Source of the DNA: an uncultured cyanobacterium
GTDB taxonomy: Bacteria; Cyanobacteriota; Cyanobacteriia; Cyanobacteriales; CAWCAG01
DNA length: 64,000 bases
Assembly (NCBI GenBank): GCA_963803805.1
Contig: CAWDOD010000011.1
Span: 672,001 to 736,000, forward strand
Direction: 5' to 3'
Shown here: in pieces, positions 1 through 9,941 of the stretch
Position numbering within the stretch: position 1 is the first letter of the stretch
Layout: the number at the start of each line of letters is the position of its first letter
The notes under the pieces: model-generated
Database searches by the model: none
What the model was told of the DNA's origin: nothing
What the model saw: the letters and a program-made list of their open reading frames with translations, nothing else
Translations under genes and position numbers: made by a program

Positions 1-795
1 TCTTTAGTGACTCTAAATTATTATCAAACTCCCGCCGGCATAAAGCTTGCTGATAAAATTGCTGCTATGGGAGGAATTTTAGGAGGAGTTGCTTATATCA
101 ATCCAAAATTATCAGAGCAACTTGATAACTTATTTGTGTTAGCAAAAGAAAGAAATCTCGATCTGGACTTACATACAGATGAAAACGGTGATCCTAACTC
201 CAACTGTTTATATCAAGTAGCGCAAACAGCCCTGAAACATAACTTTCCTAACCGAATAATTTGTGGACATTGTTGTAGTTTAGCCGTACAAGATGAAGCC
301 GTTGTTCAAGACACTTTAAACCTTGTGAAAGAAGCTAACATAGGAATTGTTAGCTTACCTTTGTGTAACCTTTATTTGCAAGATCGACAGCAAAATAAAA
401 CTCCCTTTTGGCGAGGTATCACTAGAGTTAAAGAAATCAGTCACCATCATATTCCTCTTGCTTTCGCTAGTGATAATTGTCGTGACCCTTTCTTCGCTTT
501 TGGGGATCTTGATGTTTTAGAAGTCTTTAACCAAGCAGTAAGAATCGCTCAATTAGATATTCCCTACAGTAATAGCATCGATACTGTTACTAAAACTGCT
601 GCTGATCTCATGAAGTTACCCCAATCGGGCAGAATAAAAGTAGGCTTGACGGCAGATTTAATCCTCTTTAAAGGACGCAACTATAACGAATTATTAGCGC
701 GTTCCCAACACAATAGAATAGTGTTGCGGCAAGGAAAACCCCTTACAGCAACTTTACCTGATTATGCAGAGTTAGATGAGCTTGAATGGGTTTGA
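1..795 (+). CDS. codA: Cytosine deaminase (amidohydrolase), 5'-truncated by the window edge
   Basis: Frame is open from base 1; motifs DLHTDE, GHCCSL, ASDNCRDPFFAFG of CodA-type metal-dependent deaminases. Confidence 0.85.
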   Translation, partial: SLVTLNYYQTPAGIKLADKIAAMGGILGGVAYINPKLSEQLDNLFVLAKERNLDLDLHTDENGDPNSNCLYQVAQTALKHNFPNRIICGHCCSLAVQDEAVVQDTLNLVKEANIGIVSLPLCNLYLQDRQQNKTPFWRGITRVKEISHHHIPLAFASDNCRDPFFAFGDLDVLEVFNQAVRIAQLDIPYSNSIDTVTKTAADLMKLPQSGRIKVGLTADLILFKGRNYNELLARSQHNRIVLRQGKPLTATLPDYAELDELEWV

Positions 796-906
796 GAGAG
801 AGCCAAGAAAAGACTTATCCAAAAGCGATAAGCTAATGCCTAGTTGCTAGTTGCTAGTTGCTAAAATCTTATACTTGGTGAGAATATTTTATTTATTGGA
901 GTTCTT
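796..906 (+). mobile_element. 111-bp MITE-like dispersed repeat, copy 1, with internal (TAGTTGC)3
   Basis: 106/111 identical to the reverse complement of 61137-61247; imperfect terminal inverted repeats; flanked by TGA (codA stop) and TAA. Confidence 0.75.
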
Positions 907-1385
907 TAAGAAATAATCTCAAACTAAACTTAAATCGCGATTTTTTGGGCTAAAAATTGTTGAAGGGCAAAAATACTTTTGAAAATCTCTTTTTAAGAGC
1001 GCACCTTTTCCACCATGTACATAATATCATGTCAAGGGAGAATAAATCAAGGTTGTGGTTAATTTTGAGTGAATATAAGTAAAGATTTTATTTAACCTGG
1101 TCTACAATCGGAATAATTAAAGATGACCCTTTTTTTAGACCTTTGTTAAGTGATATTAAGGATAATTTGACAACGTATTTCTGGGCTTTGACCTATGGTA
1201 TATTGAAAACTAAGTTATTAAGATGTGTTATTGTGGCCTTTTTTATACCTAATAATACTTTCAAGTTGAAGCAAGCTACGCAAATTCAGCATATTCCTCC
1301 CATTAATTATTTCCTAACAGGTGAGATCGCATCAAGACAAAAAGCCTGGAAAGCACTTTTTCTTTATTAAGAAATTTATCGCTTC

Positions 1386-1420
1386 TTGACAGAATGACTA
1401 TTTTCTGTATGATAGTCATT
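1386..1420 (+). promoter_or_regulatory. Putative sigma70 promoter overlapped by a 9-bp inverted repeat
   Basis: TTGACA(1386-1391)-N16-TATGAT(1408-1413); AATGACTAT-N10-ATAGTCATT at 1393-1420. Confidence 0.4.
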
Positions 1421-1611
1421 TTTCATCCTCCCCAACAACAAAGCTAGTGTACAAATATTAAATTGAGGAATAGTTTCTACAAACAAAGGTCATCCTTCCC
1501 CCCTCAATTGAAAATTGACAGACCATTAGTTAGAAAATATTCTTCAACACACCACGAATTGCTATAAGTGGATAGAGATGATCACAACTTTAGCCACACA
1601 GGAGGGAATTA

Positions 1612-1989
1612 ATGAGTAACGATTATGATCGACGCAGAGAACAAATACGTCTTGAAGAAGAAGAACGCCGTGCCGCCGTTGCCAATCGCAATGCTAGTTT
1701 AGTCAGAGTAGTACAAATAATTTACTACTTAGTGGGAGCTTTGGGGTTACTACTAATAATTCGTGTACTGCTGCGGCTTTTTAACGCTAACCCAGAAAAC
1801 CTCTTTGCTCAAATAATCTACGGTCTTTCCACCCCTTTTGTTGCCCCATTTTCCACTCTTTTTCCTACCCCCGGCTTAGGAGAATCGTCGGTATTTGAGA
1901 TCAATGCTTTAATTGCGATCGCTGCTTATTCGATTTTAGCTTGGTTGTTGGTGCGTTTAATTTGGTTAGTTGGTAGTCGTTCCCGTTAA
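1612..1989 (+). CDS. YggT-family membrane protein
   Basis: Two hydrophobic segments with IYGLSTPFVAPF motif; good RBS (AGGAGG). Confidence 0.75.
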   Translation: MSNDYDRRREQIRLEEEERRAAVANRNASLVRVVQIIYYLVGALGLLLIIRVLLRLFNANPENLFAQIIYGLSTPFVAPFSTLFPTPGLGESSVFEINALIAIAAYSILAWLLVRLIWLVGSRSR

Positions 1990-2142
1990 GCACCAAAAGT
2001 ACTTAATAGCAATCTTAATCAAATCACTACCAGGAACAAACTCAAAATCAGCTTTGTGTAAATTAGGCGCACCTTGCCAAAATTTAGGATTAACAGTATA
2101 TAGGCAACAATAGAAAGAATAAATTCCCGTAAATTTAACCAA

Positions 2143-4971
2143 GTGGTCAAAGATGTTTCCAAACTTAACAAGTCTCACTCAGTAAATGCCAAAGCTGGGG
2201 CTTTTTCCTCTTTGGCTAATTTAACAGCGAAAATTCCAGGAAAAATTCCTCTGCGAGTAGTTCTGATTGTACCGTTTGTGGTACAGATTTTCGCTGCGGT
2301 AGGCTTAACTGGTTACTTATCTTTCCGCAATGGGCAACAAGCAGTAGAAGATCTAGCTAACCAGCTTAGCGGAGAAATTACCAACCGTATCTCTGACCGT
2401 TTAGATAGTTATTTACAAACCCCCCACATAATTAATGAAATTAACGCTCAAAGCACTCGAATTGGTCAATTAAAGCTTCAGGAATCTTCCAGTTTGGAGC
2501 AGCATTTCTTAAACCAAATGAAATTATTTGACTCAGTAACTTACATCTATTTAGGTTTTCCTAACGAAGATTTTATTGGCACAGGTAGGGGAAAAGATGA
2601 TGCCCTAGAAATTGGTATCAGTGGCAACCAGACAAATAATAACTTTAAAACATATACTACCAACGAAAAAGGCGATCGCGCTGAACTACTTTCTTCGGTT
2701 CCTAACTATAATTTGCTGACTCGTCCTTGGTATTTAGCCGCAACCACTAAAAAGAAACCTACTTGGGGAGATATTTATCTTTGGGCTGCTCCTTATCCTA
2801 ACTTAGCTTTACCTGCTGTCAGACCTCTTTACAACGAAGCAGGAGAACTATTGGGGGTTTTTGCTGTGGATCTGTCCCTTTTGGATATCAGCGATTTCCT
2901 GCGGACTTTAAAAGTAGGGCGTACAGGAGAGACTTTCATCATTGAACGTGATGGTTTATTAGTAGCTAGTTCCACCTCAGAAAAACCTTATCAAAAAAAA
3001 CAACTAAAACCGCAACGCCTACCTGCAAAAGAGAGTCAAGAACCTTTAATTGAAGCTACTACAGCCTATTTACAACAAAAATATGATGACCTAAACAACA
3101 TTAACTCCCCTGGGCAATTTGATTTTAGAATTGCCGGAAACCGTCACAGAGTTAGAGTTACCCCTTTTAGGGATGAGTTTGGTTTGGACTGGTTAATTGT
3201 GGTGGTAATTCCTGAAGTTGATTTCATGGCCCAAATCAATGCTAATACTCGTAACACTATTATCCTTTGTCTGGGCGCTCTTGGTATTGCCACCTCTCTA
3301 GGTATCCTAACCTCCCGATGGATCACCAAGCCAATTTTGCGCTTAGTGGAAGCTAGCCGTCAAATTTCCCAAGGACAACTAGGACAAACTATCTCTGTAG
3401 GAAGTTTCAACGAACTACAAATACTAGCCCGTTCCTTCAACCAAATGGCTGCCCAATTACGGGAATCTTTCACAACTTTAGAACATACCAACGAAGAATT
3501 AGAAAAGCGAGTTACCAGGCGTACTTCAGCTTTACAACAATCGGAAGAAAAATTTTCTTTGGCTTTTCGTTCTAGTCCTGATTTGATTGCAATTATAACT
3601 CTTCATGAAGGACGCTTCATTGATGCGAATGAGAGCTTTTTACTAGTTACAGGTTATACTCCTGAAGAAATTATTGGCAAAACCACTACAGAACTAAATA
3701 ATTGGGTTAATTCTAGGGATCGTTACAAAGTTAGCCTGCTATTGAGGAAAAAAGGGGCTATCCGTAACCATGAAATGCGTTTTTATACTAAATCAGGAGA
3801 AGTAAGAATCGGACTTTTATCGGCCAGAATCATCAACTTAGAAGATGAAGAATGCTTACTCTCTGTTATCAAAGACATTACAGAACGCAAGCGAGTCCAA
3901 GAAGCATTACGGGAAAAAGAAGAATATTTACGCTTAATCCTCGATAACATTCCCCAGCAAGTATTTTGGAAAGATACTAATTTAGTTTTTCAAGGTTGCA
4001 ATAAAAACTGGTCTGAAGCGACAGGGGTTGATGATCCAGAACACATTATTGGTAAAACCGATTATGATCTCTTACCAAGTCGTGAACAAGCACAATTGTA
4101 TCGCACCCAAGACCGACGCATAATTAGAACAGATACCCCAGAGTTACATATCATCGAGTTAAAACAAAAACCTTCCCCAGAAGGTAATCCTATCTGGCTC
4201 GATCTTAATAAATTCCCTATCCACGATGTCAATGGCAAAGTAGTAGGAATTTTAGGGGTATCAGAAGATATTACCCAACGTAGACTAGCAGAAGAAGCTC
4301 TACGTATAGAACAAGAAAAATCTGAGCGCTTGCTACGCAATATATTACCTGTCGCCATTGCCGAAAGATTAAAGCAAGAAATTAATCCCATCGCCGAACA
4401 GTTTGAAGAAGCAACCATCCTCTTTGCTGATATAGTTGGTTTTACGCCCCTTTCTGCCCGTATTTCGCCTACAGAATTAGTTAGTTTACTCAATCAAGTG
4501 TTTTCCTTGTTTGATCAACTAGCGGAAAAACATTCCTTAGAAAAAATCAAAACCATTGGTGATGCCTATATGGTAGCTGGGGGATTGCCCATGCCCATGG
4601 AAAATCATACCGAAGCGATCGCAGAAATGGCTTTAGATATGCAACAAGCAATAGCTGAATTTCAAGAAAGCCTTTATTTAATATTTCCCCAAGAATCTGT
4701 AACCAACTTGCAAATTCGCATTGGTATCAATACCGGACCAGTAGTGGCAGGGGTAATCGGTACAACTAAATTTATTTATGATCTTTGGGGAGATCCTGTC
4801 AACATTGCTTCCCGCATGGAGTCTTCAGGATTGCCCGGTAAAATTCAAGTTACTACGGAGATTTATGAAAAGTTAAAGAATCGCTACCTATTAGAAAAAC
4901 GAGGTGTTATTGAGATTAAAGGTAGGGGAAAAATGACAACTTATTGGTTAATAGGGAAAGAATCTAATTAA
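2143..4971 (+). CDS. Membrane-bound class III adenylate cyclase (TM-Cache-TM-HAMP-PAS-PAS-cyclase)
   Basis: FADIVGFT, KIKTIGDAYM, YDLWGDPVNIASRMES catalytic motifs with ATP-specifying K/D; RPWY Cache motif; HAMP and two PAS segments. Confidence 0.9.
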   Translation: MVKDVSKLNKSHSVNAKAGAFSSLANLTAKIPGKIPLRVVLIVPFVVQIFAAVGLTGYLSFRNGQQAVEDLANQLSGEITNRISDRLDSYLQTPHIINEINAQSTRIGQLKLQESSSLEQHFLNQMKLFDSVTYIYLGFPNEDFIGTGRGKDDALEIGISGNQTNNNFKTYTTNEKGDRAELLSSVPNYNLLTRPWYLAATTKKKPTWGDIYLWAAPYPNLALPAVRPLYNEAGELLGVFAVDLSLLDISDFLRTLKVGRTGETFIIERDGLLVASSTSEKPYQKKQLKPQRLPAKESQEPLIEATTAYLQQKYDDLNNINSPGQFDFRIAGNRHRVRVTPFRDEFGLDWLIVVVIPEVDFMAQINANTRNTIILCLGALGIATSLGILTSRWITKPILRLVEASRQISQGQLGQTISVGSFNELQILARSFNQMAAQLRESFTTLEHTNEELEKRVTRRTSALQQSEEKFSLAFRSSPDLIAIITLHEGRFIDANESFLLVTGYTPEEIIGKTTTELNNWVNSRDRYKVSLLLRKKGAIRNHEMRFYTKSGEVRIGLLSARIINLEDEECLLSVIKDITERKRVQEALREKEEYLRLILDNIPQQVFWKDTNLVFQGCNKNWSEATGVDDPEHIIGKTDYDLLPSREQAQLYRTQDRRIIRTDTPELHIIELKQKPSPEGNPIWLDLNKFPIHDVNGKVVGILGVSEDITQRRLAEEALRIEQEKSERLLRNILPVAIAERLKQEINPIAEQFEEATILFADIVGFTPLSARISPTELVSLLNQVFSLFDQLAEKHSLEKIKTIGDAYMVAGGLPMPMENHTEAIAEMALDMQQAIAEFQESLYLIFPQESVTNLQIRIGINTGPVVAGVIGTTKFIYDLWGDPVNIASRMESSGLPGKIQVTTEIYEKLKNRYLLEKRGVIEIKGRGKMTTYWLIGKESN

Positions 4972-5066
4972 CCTACACCTGGTGCTTTGGTATAACTTGT
5001 TATTGAGCAACTTGTAACCCGCTAAAATCATTTCTATACAAGCGTCATTAGGAACTTGATAAAATT

Positions 5067-5408
5067 ATGAGCGAGACTATCTTTAGCAAAATCATCAATA
5101 GAGAAATTCCTGCTGATATAGTTTACGAAGACGATCTGGCCCTCGCTTTCAAAGATGTTAACCCCCAAGCACCAGTCCATGTCCTAGTAATTCCCAAAAA
5201 GCCAATTTCTCAGTTAGGGGTTTCTACCCCAGAAGATCAAGAACTTTTAGGACATCTTCTCCTCACAGTTAAAGAAGTAGCTCAACAGTTGAACCTCAAT
5301 AATGGTTATAGAGTAGTTATTAATAACGGTATAGATGGTGGCCAAACCGTAGATCATTTGCACTTACATATTCTTGGTCAGCGTCAAATGAAATGGCCTC
5401 CAGGCTAG
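5067..5408 (+). CDS. HIT-family (HinT-like) nucleotide-binding protein
   Basis: TIFSKII N-terminus and HLHLHIL histidine triad. Confidence 0.95.
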   Translation: MSETIFSKIINREIPADIVYEDDLALAFKDVNPQAPVHVLVIPKKPISQLGVSTPEDQELLGHLLLTVKEVAQQLNLNNGYRVVINNGIDGGQTVDHLHLHILGQRQMKWPPG

Positions 5409-5541
5409 ATCTTTGAGAAAAGTGATTATTCAACCAAATCTGAGAATAAGTTCCCCAGGTTGGTTTTCCGCTCAAAGCTTTGCTCAGAGAGCATTTCTAT
5501 CTAACTTATGAAAGAGATAAGGAAAACAATCCCCTATTTCC

Positions 5542-5570
5542 TTTACATTAGTTTACAAGTTTGTTAGGAT
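5542..5570 (+). promoter_or_regulatory. psbA promoter with HLR1 (RpaB-binding) direct repeat
   Basis: TTTACA-N17-TAGGAT; TTTACATT-AG-TTTACAAG resembles the HLR1 consensus. Confidence 0.7.
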
Positions 5571-5670
5571 ATAAACATACCAAGCAAGTCAAACAAACTT
5601 TAAAGCTTAAAAACCTGAAAAGTTAACGAAACTTCGCTTACATACATACTTTCACGCAATTATCTGAACC

Positions 5671-6753
5671 ATGACAACTACATTACAACGTAGCCAAAGC
5701 GCAAGCTCTTGGGAGCGTTTTTGCAGTTGGATCACCAGCACCGAAAACCGCCTCTATGTAGGTTGGTTTGGAGTCATCATGATCCCAACTCTATTAACCG
5801 CCACCATTTGCTTCTTAATCGCCTTCGTAGCAGCACCTCCAGTTGACATCGACGGTATCCGCGAACCAGTAGCAGGTTCGTTATTATATGGAAACAACAT
5901 CATCTCTGGTGCTGTTGTACCTTCATCTAACGCCATCGGCTTACACTTCTACCCAATTTGGGAAGCAGCTTCACTAGATGAGTGGTTGTACAACGGTGGA
6001 CCATACCAATTGGTAATCTTCCACTTCCTCATCGGCGTATTCTGCTACATGGGACGTGAGTGGGAACTATCCTACCGTTTAGGAATGCGTCCTTGGATCT
6101 GTGTAGCTTACTCTGCTCCAGTAGCAGCAGCAAGTGCAGTATTCCTAATCTACCCATTAGGACAAGGAAGTTTCTCTGATGGAATGCCTCTAGGTATCTC
6201 TGGAACCTTCAACTTCATGTTTGTCTTCCAAGCTGAGCATAACATCTTAATGCACCCCTTCCATATGTTGGGAGTAGCCGGTGTATTTGGTGGAGCGTTA
6301 TTCAGTGCCATGCACGGCAGCTTAGTAACATCTAGCTTAGTAAGAGAAACAACCGAAACCGAATCACAAAACTACGGTTACAAATTCGGACAAGAAGAAG
6401 AAACCTACAACATCGTTGCAGCACACGGTTATTTTGGTCGTCTCATCTTCCAATATGCCTCCTTCAACAACAGCCGTAGCCTCCACTTCTTACTCGGAGC
6501 ATGGCCAGTAGTAGGAATCTGGTTCACCGCTTTAGGTATTTCTACCATGGCGTTTAACCTCAACGGATTCAACTTTAACCAGTCAATCCTAGATTCCCAA
6601 GGTCGTGTAGTCAACACCTGGGCTGACGTATTAAACCGCGCAAACTTAGGCTTTGAAGTAATGCACGAGCGTAATGCTCACAACTTCCCCTTAGACCTAG
6701 CAGCAGGCACCTCTGCACCAGTAGCACTCACTGCCCCAGCTATCAACGGTTAA
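5671..6753 (+). CDS. psbA: Photosystem II D1 protein, standard form with Glu130
   Basis: 360 aa; Mn-cluster ligands D170, E189, H332, E333, D342, A344 present; MGREWELS. Confidence 0.99.
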   Translation: MTTTLQRSQSASSWERFCSWITSTENRLYVGWFGVIMIPTLLTATICFLIAFVAAPPVDIDGIREPVAGSLLYGNNIISGAVVPSSNAIGLHFYPIWEAASLDEWLYNGGPYQLVIFHFLIGVFCYMGREWELSYRLGMRPWICVAYSAPVAAASAVFLIYPLGQGSFSDGMPLGISGTFNFMFVFQAEHNILMHPFHMLGVAGVFGGALFSAMHGSLVTSSLVRETTETESQNYGYKFGQEEETYNIVAAHGYFGRLIFQYASFNNSRSLHFLLGAWPVVGIWFTALGISTMAFNLNGFNFNQSILDSQGRVVNTWADVLNRANLGFEVMHERNAHNFPLDLAAGTSAPVALTAPAING

Positions 6754-6783
6754 GTTGCTTGCAACACAATTGAATAGTTAAAT

Positions 6784-6819
6784 AAAAAAGCGTCCTCCAT
6801 CTACGGAGGGCGCTTTTTT
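6784..6819 (+). terminator. Intrinsic terminator after psbA, probably bidirectional
   Basis: AAAAAAGCGTCCTCC-ATCTAC-GGAGGGCGCTTTTTT. Confidence 0.85.
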
Positions 6820-6871
6820 GTGGGGAGAGTTGACACCAAAGCCCTATCATAAAATCCAGCAAATAAACTTC

Positions 6872-7306
6872 CTAACCCCCACTCCCTCTCTTCCCAAATA
6901 ACATAAAGACTTGCTGGCAAAATTGTTTGAGCTTTTCTTTCACTTCTTCAGTAGGAGGAGATTTACCAATAAACTGCCAATTATCCACTGTAGAAAGTCG
7001 CCAAGCTTCTCCTTGGTGGTTAAATCCGGCTGTTTCTAAACCAATAAGTCCCAAAGAACTATCTAAAGGATCTTGGTGAAAGCGAATCTGTACTAAGATG
7101 CTACGACTTTGAAAGCGTCTACTCCAACCAGGGAAATGAAAGCCAATGTCAATGGAATCTGGATCAATAAGATCGAGGGTTTCAGGATCATTTTTCCAGG
7201 GTTTTAAATCAGCTTTGGCATCAGGAAATTCTCTTTTAAATAAATTGACAATTGCTGCAATTTTTGTGGTGGCTTCTAAACCTTTAGCTTGTTCTGCGGC
7301 GTTCAT
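6872..7306 (-). CDS. Conserved cyanobacterial hypothetical protein
   Basis: ORF with RBS (AGGAGAG); DPDSIDIGFHFPGWS motif recalled from cyanobacterial hypotheticals. Confidence 0.75.
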   Translation of the reverse strand: MNAAEQAKGLEATTKIAAIVNLFKREFPDAKADLKPWKNDPETLDLIDPDSIDIGFHFPGWSRRFQSRSILVQIRFHQDPLDSSLGLIGLETAGFNHQGEAWRLSTVDNWQFIGKSPPTEEVKEKLKQFCQQVFMLFGKRGSGG

Positions 7307-7396
7307 AATAACTCTCCTCTATAAATATGTTGATCTATTTCTAATCAACTAGAGTAAGCTAAGATTTTCTCAAGAGTAGAGCAATTGCCAACTAAA

Positions 7397-7831
7397 TTAG
7401 TAGTTTTTTTCTTTTTCATCTATAGAATTTAACAATAACATGGCTTCATTAGTAGCTTGGACTACAGTTTGTTCCATGTTCATTTTTTCCGTAGTATCTT
7501 CAAAAAAGACAATTAGTTCTTGACTCTTTTCATTGTACTTATCACGAAAAATGTAAATATCGAAATATAGAGGGTTTCCGTCAGCGAGAATCCTAGCAAT
7601 GCCTTTACACTCAAAATTATCACCCTCACCATTCAAGAGGTCTTTAATAGCATCTTCTGCACCCACCAACTCAGGAAATCCTTGACGGGCATCGTTACCT
7701 AATGCAACTTGGGCAGGTTTATCAGCAAATGCCTCAACTCCAGAAGAAAGGGTAGTTAGCTTAAACTCTCCATCTATAGTCAAGTATTCTATGTTAGGCA
7801 AAGATATTAGTTGATTGAAAAGAGAATTCAT
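7397..7831 (-). CDS. Stand-alone PAS-like domain protein
   Basis: FPELVGAE...LYFDIY...FFEDTTE pattern ending in a PAS-type D(V/T)TE plus helix. Confidence 0.6.
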   Translation of the reverse strand: MNSLFNQLISLPNIEYLTIDGEFKLTTLSSGVEAFADKPAQVALGNDARQGFPELVGAEDAIKDLLNGEGDNFECKGIARILADGNPLYFDIYIFRDKYNEKSQELIVFFEDTTEKMNMEQTVVQATNEAMLLLNSIDEKEKNY

Positions 7832-8117
7832 GACATCTAATTGAGTTGATAAGCCAATTTACTGTATTAAAATTTACAACCTGGCAATTGCCTTACGAAT
7901 CAGAGCGCCCAAATATATTTTTCCCAACTAGGGAGAATTGCCAACCATAAAAAAACAAGAAATTCTTACGACTCATAGTCTAACCTATCTTTTGACTCGA
8001 CTTGCTTAAAGTCTACACTAACAGGTAATCTAAGCTGTCATAACTCAGTTTATTAAATTTTGATTTTTAAAGACTCAATAGTTAAAAACCAAGAGAAAAA
8101 GAGGTTAATAAATAATA

Positions 8118-8966
8118 GTGTCCTTAACTGAAAAGAAGCTAGAAGTAGACTCCCTGTTATGGTTTTATCGAGAGATACAACCGAAAAATCAAAGCAACAA
8201 AACCACTACAATTTTTCTCCATGGTATTCCTTCTCAAAGTTTTACCTGGTGTGAAACCATGGTGAATTTAGCTGAAAAAGGATTACCTGGAATCGCACCA
8301 GATTGGATTGGTTCAGGTTTTTCTGCCCAGCCAGATGTAAGGGATTTTCCTTATACCCGTGATGCTTTTGTCAGGGCTTTAGGCAATCTTATTAAAGCTT
8401 GGAAAATTGAGCAATTTAACTTAGTTATCGAAGGCTTTTTATTGGGGTCTATGGGCTTGTTATACGCTTTGAATAACCCAGAACAAATTGAGCGTCTAGT
8501 TATTATTAATACTCCCCTAACTACCACTGCAAAGTTACCTTGGAAGATGAAACAATGGGGACTTCCTTTTGTCGGTGATATGCTTACTCAAGATCCTCTT
8601 TTGGTAGATCGTACTTTAGAAAGTGGCAGTGGCTATGTAATTGGTGACAAGAACCTGGATGTTTATCGCCGTCCCTTTCTCAAGAGTTCCGATGCTGGCA
8701 GGGCTTTAGTCGCAACAGTAAGAAACTTACAAAAGCAAGATTATTTGCCAGAAATTGAATTCGGTTTACGTAATTGGACTAAACCAGCTTTAATAATTTG
8801 GGGAACTGAAGATCCTTGGCTAGATACGGCTGAGGCAGAAAAAGTTGCTAATCTTAATTCTCAGATTGAATTAGTCAAAATAAAAGAAGCTAAACATTAT
8901 CCCCAAGAGCATTTTTCCTCAGAAGTTAGCGAAGTCATGAGCAATTTTCTCCGTCGTCAAATTTAA
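8118..8966 (+). CDS. Alpha/beta hydrolase (haloalkane dehalogenase-like fold)
   Basis: FLHGIP, IAPDWIGSGFS, IWGTEDPW, AKHYPQE motifs. Confidence 0.85.
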   Translation: MSLTEKKLEVDSLLWFYREIQPKNQSNKTTTIFLHGIPSQSFTWCETMVNLAEKGLPGIAPDWIGSGFSAQPDVRDFPYTRDAFVRALGNLIKAWKIEQFNLVIEGFLLGSMGLLYALNNPEQIERLVIINTPLTTTAKLPWKMKQWGLPFVGDMLTQDPLLVDRTLESGSGYVIGDKNLDVYRRPFLKSSDAGRALVATVRNLQKQDYLPEIEFGLRNWTKPALIIWGTEDPWLDTAEAEKVANLNSQIELVKIKEAKHYPQEHFSSEVSEVMSNFLRRQI

Positions 8967-9037
8967 TGCTAATTATTGCCAGTTACTAGTTGCTAATAGT
9001 TTTCTTCCGATTTCCGATTCCCTATTCCTTGTTCTAA

Positions 9038-9787
9038 ATGTTTTTGGCAACAACACAAGTTGAACCGCGTCTGTTTTGGTTTTCAGCCCTCTTTGCCCTT
9101 AGTTTAGCCCTAGTTCATATTTATGCAGGCAAACTAAAGTTTTTAGGTGGTGTTCCTCGTAGTTACTGGCTTTCTATGGCTAGTGGTGTGTCAGTAGCCT
9201 ATGTTTTCGTACACCTACTACCTGACTTAGGTGAAAAACAAATAACCATCAACCAAACAGGTATTTTGGGTTTTATTGAACACCACGTTTATTTATTAGC
9301 CCTTCTTGGTTTAAGTATTTTTTATGGTTTAGAAAGTTTGGTTACAAAGTCTCAAAAAGAGCAAAATAATCTTGCCAAAGCAAAGATTTTCTGGCTTCAT
9401 ATTGGTTCTTTTGCTCTTTACAATGCTCTAATTGGCTACTTACTACTCCATCGTGAAACCCCTGGCTTACTAAGCTTAATCTCATTTTTTGTCGCCATGG
9501 CTCTACATTTTCTGGTTAACGATTATGGCTTGCGAGAAGACCATCAACAAAATTATCACAAAATTGGTCGCTGGATTTTAGCAGCAGCAATTATCATAGG
9601 GTGGGTAATTGGGGCAGGAACAGAAATTTCTGAGGCAGCGATCGCAGTTTTGTTTGCTTTCTTAGCAGGGGGCATTATCCTTAATATTTTGAAAGAAGAG
9701 TTACCCGAAGAGCGTAAGAGCCGTTTTTGGGCCTTTACTGTCGGTGTAGCTGCCTATACAGTAATTTTACTTCTTCTTGATGTCTAA
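9038..9787 (+). CDS. Multi-pass membrane protein, ZIP-transporter-like
   Basis: About 7-8 TM segments; GVSVAYVFVHLLP and ILKEELPE motifs. Confidence 0.6.
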   Translation: MFLATTQVEPRLFWFSALFALSLALVHIYAGKLKFLGGVPRSYWLSMASGVSVAYVFVHLLPDLGEKQITINQTGILGFIEHHVYLLALLGLSIFYGLESLVTKSQKEQNNLAKAKIFWLHIGSFALYNALIGYLLLHRETPGLLSLISFFVAMALHFLVNDYGLREDHQQNYHKIGRWILAAAIIIGWVIGAGTEISEAAIAVLFAFLAGGIILNILKEELPEERKSRFWAFTVGVAAYTVILLLLDV

Positions 9788-9941
9788 AGTATTGGAACAA
9801 TTGAGGGTAAAAGGGGTCTTTTAGTAGAAGTGGGAGTGTCTCAACATTATTCAGAATTAGAAAGTTAGCCCAAAGAAAAAGTCTTAGCCCCTATTGCCTG
9901 TTGCCTCAAGATCAATAATTTTATGAAGAGGCGAATTTAGT

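Noticed and set aside
1143-1370. 75-aa ORF in the track
   Set aside because: TTG start, no RBS, no recognisable motif, AT-rich intergenic context; probably spurious.
4774-4824. WGDPVN instead of WGD(T/A)VN in the cyclase
   Set aside because: The catalytic Asn and Arg and the specificity residues are intact; a single substitution says little.
5671-6753. psbA as a rogue, chlorophyll f synthase or far-red D1
   Set aside because: All Mn-cluster ligands and the normal C-terminal extension are present.
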